A stretch of 15,615 bases of DNA. It comes from Octopus sinensis. Taxonomy: Eukaryota. Position numbers and translations under genes: made by a program. The stretch spans positions 1 through 15,615 of the forward strand of contig NW_021825459.1 in assembly GCF_006345805.1 (NCBI RefSeq). Direction: 5' to 3'. Shown here in pieces: positions 10,784-15,615 of the stretch; position 1 is the stretch's first letter, and every line of letters begins with the position of its first letter. Under the pieces are notes generated by a model. It worked only from the letters and a program-made list of their open reading frames with translations. It did no database searches and was not told the DNA's origin.

Positions 10784-10921
10784 AACAACATAATTAGGAT
10801 AACTAATGAACTTGACAAAAGCTGATACAGATCTCTCCACTAGGATTTATATATATATATATCATATATATGATCTGTATCAGCTTTTGTCAAGTTCATT
10901 AGTTATCCTAATCATGTTGTT
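10784..10921. repeat. Near-perfect inverted repeat, ~50-bp arms, 38-nt spacer
   Basis: 10784-10833 is the reverse complement of 10872-10921 with one mismatch. Confidence 0.95.
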
Positions 10922-10948
10922 TATATATATATATATATATATATATAG

Positions 10949-11027
10949 GTTATGAGAGGTAATGGTGTCAATAAGATCCAAAGGTCTTACTCAGGTAATG
11001 CTGAGTAAGTGCTATGGACAGACCATA
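10949..11027. repeat. ~78-bp dispersed direct repeat, copy 2
   Basis: Aligns with 10245-10319. Confidence 0.85.
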
Positions 11028-11044
11028 AAATATATTTATTAGAG

Positions 11045-11520
11045 CAAGAAAATAAAAGAAAGGAACTTGTTCACTGAGAAGATATTACATGGGTTCCTGA
11101 CACGTAAAACACAAACTATAGAAGGGATTGATCATGTTATAAGTTTGGCAATGAGTACCGACAAGTTTATGATATTCCACTTCGAAAGCTATCTTCATGT
11201 AATCCAAGACAAATGGTCCCTACCAAGCATTTACAGCATAAAAGGCAGAAAACATTGACAGAAAACAAATGTAGGCTATGCAAGACCAAAACTTAAGACA
11301 CCACCCACATTATTCCCAATTGCGAGAGAATGTCTTCCAGATATTATCTTCCCATGAGTTTGATGTGGTTGCCAGGACAGTCTGGAACAGGATAACAAAA
11401 AAGAAAACGCCTACAGACAAAGTTTACCATATCGAGACCGATGGGCCAAAAGAATATTGGTGGAACTCAAAGATTAAAACAGCCACCGATTTAAAACACA
11501 ATCGGTCGGATATTGTTGTT
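11045..11520 (+). mobile_element. Fragment of a second, diverged R4-like RLE family
   Basis: LHGFLTRK..IDHVISL..HFESYLHVIQD, CRLCKTKT*DTTHIIPNC (CCHC), FDVVARTVW, KEYWWN, KHNRSDIVV. Collinear with 9352-10173 at protein level but not visibly alignable as DNA. It breaks off into (CA)n. Confidence 0.8.
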
Positions 11521-11549
11521 ACACACACACAGACACACAGACACACACA

Positions 11550-11614
<65 letters not shown>

Positions 11615-11645
11615 ACACACACACAGATAGACAGACACACACATA
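11521..11645. repeat. (CA)n/(CAGA)n microsatellite
   Basis: Read directly. Confidence 0.97.
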
Positions 11646-11766
11646 TACATTCACACATATTCATGTAACTACAGCTAATTTGAAATGACACTTGAAAATA
11701 AAACCAAGCAACATAATGAAATAAATTATGCCTTTTACCTTCACCAGATGTAGTCATGTTTCTTAC

Positions 11767-11822
11767 TGTCAAACCAGGAATTCATAGCAATATAAGGGTA
11801 CCTGATGTCTTCATCATTGGCA
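11767..11822 (-). CDS. Internal coding exon of the - strand host gene, ANDEDIRYPYIAMNSWFD
   Basis: Strong acceptor tgattctctttgcAG (11825-11823), donor GACA|GTAAGA (11766). 56 nt, phase 2 to phase 1, matching the phase 1 start of exon 10730-10657. Confidence 0.65.
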
Positions 11823-12197
11823 CTGCAAAGAGAATCACTTCAGAATTTTATTGTTTATATATCGTGGTGTAGTAACGTGACATAGAGGGAATGTCGCGAC
11901 CTTATGAACACAAATACATTCAGTTTGCTTTGTAAAAAGATTTATAAGATTGTGCAAATCATCATAAATTTATGAAAAAAATTAATTTAAACTCCATCAC
12001 AGAAATGAGTTGTTACAATAAGTCTGAAATTATTCGAAATCATGCGGAAAATTTTTCATCTGTGCGAAGCGAAATGCAGAGGGCTTAAAAAAACCGAACT
12101 TGTTTAGAACAATTAAATGATGACACCTGTACAATTGAAAAGAAGAGACACTTGAAAATGAAATTCATAATATATTATATATTTTTCAGATACGTAC

Positions 12198-12425
12198 CCG
12201 CTTCTAAAAATCAGAGGTTTACACAAATATATGAACATACACTGCATTTATCAGCGGCATTGCTCTGAGAGTCGCATGAAAAGTTTCATGCTTGTATCCA
12301 ATGTGTCGTAGATTCCATGATTAATAGAAACATATACAACATTAGTAAAATTCTGAGATGACTCTCAATGAAGTCTACTGAGGATGTTATCAAACGTCCA
12401 TATGTTTTTATGAACGACTGATTGA
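12198..12425 (-). pseudogene. Candidate 228-nt exon, phase-compatible with the - strand gene but with three in-frame stops
   Basis: Acceptor gattgtgtttcAG (12428-12426), donor CGG|GTACGT (12197), phase 2 to phase 2: QSVVHKNIWTFDNILSRLH*ESSQNFTNVVYVSINHGIYDTLDTSMKLFMRLSEQCR**MQCMFIYLCKPLIFRS(G). A stop-free alternative is a shorter exon in another frame ending at donor GTATGT 12240 (..HATLRAMPLINAV). Confidence 0.3.
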
Positions 12426-12653
12426 CTGAAACACAATCGTGCTCAGATAAGTTATAGGACAAATTATGTTGTATTACAGTATGTAGCTTGATTATATTTT
12501 AATACATACACACATACATACATACACACACATTCGGTTCTATATTTAAGAGATGAGGAATTATGTGATATATCCATCAGCCTCCATCAGGTGTCTTGAG
12601 GAAATTTTGAACCTGGCATACACTGCATTGAAAGGTGTGCACAGGCATATACA

Positions 12654-12760
12654 TGCATGCATACATACATACATACATACATAAATGCATACATACATAC
12701 ATACATACATACATACATACATACATACATACATACATACATACATACATACATACATAC
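12654..12760. repeat. (CATA)n microsatellite
   Basis: Read directly. Confidence 0.97.
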
Positions 12761-12870
12761 GAAAAATACCCTGTTGATGTTGAAATTCCAATGAAGGAGC
12801 CTTGGATCTAGGTTAGAAACTGGCTCCTCCTCTATTGGCAAGAAATCTTGAAATAAAACTGAATAATGGC
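12761..12870 (+). mobile_element. 3' terminal segment of the R4-like family
   Basis: tgttgaaattccaatgaaggagccttggatctaggttagaaactggctcctcctctattggcaagaaatcttgaaataaaactgaataatg matches the reverse complement of 15111-15203, which is contiguous with an R4-like ORF end. Degenerate CATA tail follows. Confidence 0.85.
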
Positions 12871-13014
12871 ATCATACATATATAGTACATACATAGAAAC
12901 ATACACACATACATAAATACATCCATACACTCATATATATATATAAAGTTACATAGTAGACATAAAAATATGTCAATTTTACCTATTTTACCCAGAATGA
13001 AATAAATGAACAGT

Positions 13015-13074
13015 CTTGGTAGATTTTCGACCCTTATTGGGTCTCATCAGAAGTATTTACATGACTTGACCAAT
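13015..13074 (-). ncRNA. Hammerhead ribozyme motif, best drawn as type III, stem III imperfect
   Basis: - strand: AUUGGUC^AAGU-C-AU-GUAA-AU-ACUU-CUGAUGA-GACCC-AAUAA-GGGUC-GAAA-AUCUA-CCAAG. Exact core CUGAUGA (13050-13044) and GAAA (13028-13025), perfect 5-bp stem II, stem I, GUC triplet (13070-13068). Stem III pairs (UUGG/CCAA) only if 5 nt are looped out. Confidence 0.7.
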
Positions 13075-13230
13075 TCTAGAGAAGCATGGAGCCATTCTGT
13101 TCAAGTACAAGTCAGAATAATTAGTTTCTGAAAACAGGAGCTACAAATTTGCGTACCATTAGTGTTCACACTAGTAGCCTGACAACTAGCAGCCTGGTCC
13201 ATACAGTCCCAAATCATAACATAAGTAAAT
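13061..13230 (-). other. Two weak exon-like segments (13230-13157 FTYVMIWDCMDQAASCQATSVNTN; 13127-13061 TNYSDLYLNRMAPCFSRIGQV)
   Basis: Pyrimidine-rich acceptors (cttctcgtcttctgcgtAG; gctcctgttttcAG) and phases that chain into the downstream exons. They are only 29 nt apart, too short for a normal intron, so they may instead be one frameshifted exon or coincidence. Confidence 0.2.
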
Positions 13231-13304
13231 CTACGCAGAAGACGAGAAGACGTACAAACACGTCAGTTTTAACTATTTCTCTATAGAATGGAAAAAATTG
13301 ATGA

Positions 13305-13356
13305 ACGACGATAATCGAATTTCGATCCTTATTGAGGTTTCATCACAGGTGTCTAC
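13305..13356 (-). ncRNA. Degenerate hammerhead-like paralog
   Basis: gtagacacctGTGATGA-aacctc-aataa-ggatc-GAAAttc aligns with gtaaatacttCTGATGA-gaccc-aataa-gggtc-GAAAatc. C3 is mutated and stem II is broken. Its 5' half also resembles the R4 stretch at 13598-13618. Confidence 0.3.
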
Positions 13357-13357
13357 T

Positions 13358-14733
13358 TATTTAGGCAGTGTGCTATATATCCCAGGGCCCAAATAAATAC
13401 AGCTATAAACCTGAACATGTAATCTGGATAGGATAGAGTAACTGCAGATTTCTCAATAGTTCAGCATAAGTGTTCCCTTCTTTTGCACTGATCTTCAGCT
13501 TCATGTTAACATCTGCTGGGCAACTAATTTCCACATCTGTACACAATTTCCTTTTCTCTATCCCAAATCATTATATCAGGTCTGTTGTGCTTACTTTTTA
13601 TTGAGGTCTTCACTGGTGCATTCCACTAGTATTCCTTTATATTATGAGTGGCTATGGATTCTACCATTCTGTGAGCTTTGTTTCGTTGTCCCCGGAATTA
13701 TCCTTCCAACAGATTTCATTATAGAGTGTCCTAGCTACAGCGTCATGTTTCATCGATAGATATTACCGTGAAGATATTTTCGGACACCTACTTATGATGT
13801 AGATTATATCTTCAGTGTGAACTTCACAAAGTCTGCATCACTTGTCACAGTTTACGCCTATTTCCGCATCAGGTATTTTGTGCATCAGGTATTTGGTTCC
13901 TGGATTGGAAATGCATACCCTTCAAAGTGGAAGATAGTAATCCGGCTATCCATCCATAATAAACTGCTTTGATGATCGATGTTACTATCATAACGGAGCT
14001 TTCTATTAACATATCTATGCATAGCCTTCTGCTCATATAGGTTCATCCTTTCCTCTGATGATATTTTACGGTAGAATCGTGCGACATCTTTGGGCATGTA
14101 TTCTAGGTTATCAGACACAGAGTGTTGCTCAAGGAACTGTCTTCCAAGTCCTATAAAGTTGTCAGCCTCATATATGCAAACTTGGTCAAAGGATGCACTT
14201 CGACGCTTGGTGGTTAAAAGATATTGCCGAAAGGATATGATGCGACATTCAAAGGCATTTTGGATCGATGTTAAGCCTCTACCACCTTGCTTACGTTTAA
14301 GGGAGAGGCGGTCTACGTCTTGTTTATGTGGAAATTATGTGTGCTTGGTAGTATTTTTCGAGTTTCCACATCAATGGCTCGGATCACATCAAGCGTCAAA
14401 TCAAGCAGCCCAAATGTTGGTATGAGTACTGGCACTGCAAACATATTGTGAACCAGTTTTATTGAATGCAGAGAGTTCTGAGGTCTAAATTTACTTTAAT
14501 CGGCTGTAATATTCTTTAGTGACATGTGTTTTGTTACAGGTGCCATTGTAAGATATATTTTCACCTACCCCTAGATACCTGTAACATTCCTTGTCAGATA
14601 CAAGAAAAACAGTCAATTCATTGATGGAGATGTTACTAGTCTGGTTTATAATTTTTCCCCTTTTACAATCATATAACATTTAGCCTAATCAAAATCCAAA
14701 TCTACATCCTCTGAGAATGTTGTAACTAGTGGA
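13358..14733 (-). mobile_element. Decayed R4/Dong-clade element, from late RT domain to RLE, truncated at both ends
   Basis: TTFSEDVDLDFD*AKC, YRYLGV (late RT), DRLSLKRKQGGRGL (thumb), EGYAFPIQE, HDAVAR-like motif, HNRPDIMIWDRE, EISCPADVNMKLK. High DNA similarity to 9352-10173, e.g. a 27-mer identity at 9426-9452 vs 13963-13989 (reverse complement). Confidence 0.92.
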
Positions 14734-14892
14734 GTATGTATGTATGTATGTATGTATGTATGTATGTATGTATGTATGTATGTATGTATGTATGTATGTA
14801 TATCATTATTCAATTTATTTCAAGATTTCTTGCTAATAGAGAAAGAGCTGATTTCTAACCTAGATTCAAGGCCCTTCATTGGAATTTCAACA
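14734..14892 (-). mobile_element. ~90-bp R4-like 3' terminus (14892-14803) with (CATA)n tail (14802-14734)
   Basis: Same terminal segment as 12761-12870 and 15111-15203. TATG on + is a CATA tail on -. Confidence 0.85.
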
Positions 14893-15110
14893 TGCATGTA
14901 TGCATGCATGCACGCATTTATGTATGGTATGTATGTATGTATATGTATGTATGTATTATATGTATGTATAGTATGTAATGTAGTATGTATGCATGTATGT
15001 ATGTATGTAATGTATGTATGTATGTATGTATGTATGTATGTATGTATGTATGTATGCATGTATGTATGTATGTATGTATGTATGTATTATGGATGGATGG
15101 ATGGATGGAT
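14893..15110. repeat. (TATG)n/(TGGA)n microsatellite, tail of the element at 15111-15615
   Basis: Read directly; purer toward 15010-15086, (TGGA)n at 15090-15110. Confidence 0.95.
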
Positions 15111-15615
15111 GTCTTTATTTACTTTTATTTCAAGATTTCTTGCCAATAGAAAAAGAGCCGGTTTCTAACCTAGATCCAAGGCTCCTCAATTGGAATTTCA
15201 ACATGTAAGTATGTTTCTATGTATTTATGTATGCCTGTATATGTGCAGAATTTTATGATTTGTTTTCTGTATGTCTTCTCATGCATATACTTGCATATTT
15301 ATACATACTCATATATACATAAATAATAAACTTCTAGAAAGTTGCACAGATTTTTACAGCTCCAGTTTTGGCTTGGATCTGTAGTCTTCGAATCAGCTTT
15401 CTTCATTCTGGTTTTGAGAAGCCTAATTTTTCAAGATTGGCAGTTAGGCAGTGTGTTACATATACTAGTGCCCCAATAATTGCAGCTATATACCTGAACT
15501 TCTAATCTGGATATAGCAACTGCAAACTTCTCAATGGTTCAGCATATGTATTCTCCTTCTCACTGATCTTCAGCTTCATGTTAACATCCGCTGGGCAGCT
15601 AATTTCCTCAGCTGC
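15111..15615 (-). mobile_element. R4/Dong-clade element 3' end: RLE C-terminus, 3' UTR, terminal segment
   Basis: EISCPADVNMKLKISEKENTYAEPLRSLQLLYPD*KFRYIAAIIGAL...KICATF*KFII to ~15322, then ~210 nt of UTR ending cttgaaataaaagtaaataaagac, then a (CATC)/(CATA)n tail. The element continues right of the window. Confidence 0.9.

Noticed and set aside
11739-11766. Alternative donor GAAG|GTAAAA extending exon 11822
   Set aside because: The extension contains an in-frame TGA; the upstream donor at 11766 keeps the frame.
12190-12267. + strand exon-like reading YVPASKNQRFTQIYEHTLHLSAALL* after tttttcAG
   Set aside because: No partner exon found, and it is antisense to the better-supported - strand chain. 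The ALL* ending shared with 3810-3851 is probably chance.
13866-13894. Short tandem duplication gcatcaggtattt
   Set aside because: Ordinary decay of the R4 copy.
14054-14060. CTGATGA on the + strand
   Set aside because: Antisense of R4 coding sequence, with no stem II or GAAA.
14090-14425. 111-aa + strand ORF
   Set aside because: Antisense shadow of the R4 thumb region.

Overview
Eukaryotic, AT-rich, microsatellite-dense DNA; the SINE and LINE remnants look like those of octopus (inferred from memory of the repeat families, not from a search). There is no prokaryotic gene, rRNA, true tRNA gene or CRISPR array, and almost all ORFs in the supplied track are microsatellite artefacts. The window holds: (1) a purine-rich ~17-21 bp minisatellite (1-958); (2) two candidate terminal exons of a + strand gene (1974-2041, 3810-3851); (3) a convergent - strand gene with three phase-compatible exons (11822-11767, 10730-10657, 4729-4616) and a possible upstream exon carrying three in-frame stops (12425-12198); (4) four tRNA-derived SINEs, one with a 15-bp target-site duplication (TSD); (5) several decayed R4/Dong-clade restriction-like-endonuclease (RLE) retrotransposon pieces, whose 3' ends carry (CATA)n tails and are stacked in tandem; (6) a second element family embedded in (TAA)n, with a fold-back 5' end; (7) a cluster of near-perfect local inverted repeats at 7.6-10.9 kb; (8) a hammerhead ribozyme core on the - strand at 13015-13074, with two more degenerate look-alikes nearby. 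Repeat boundaries are approximate; protein family calls are by-eye motif recognition only.
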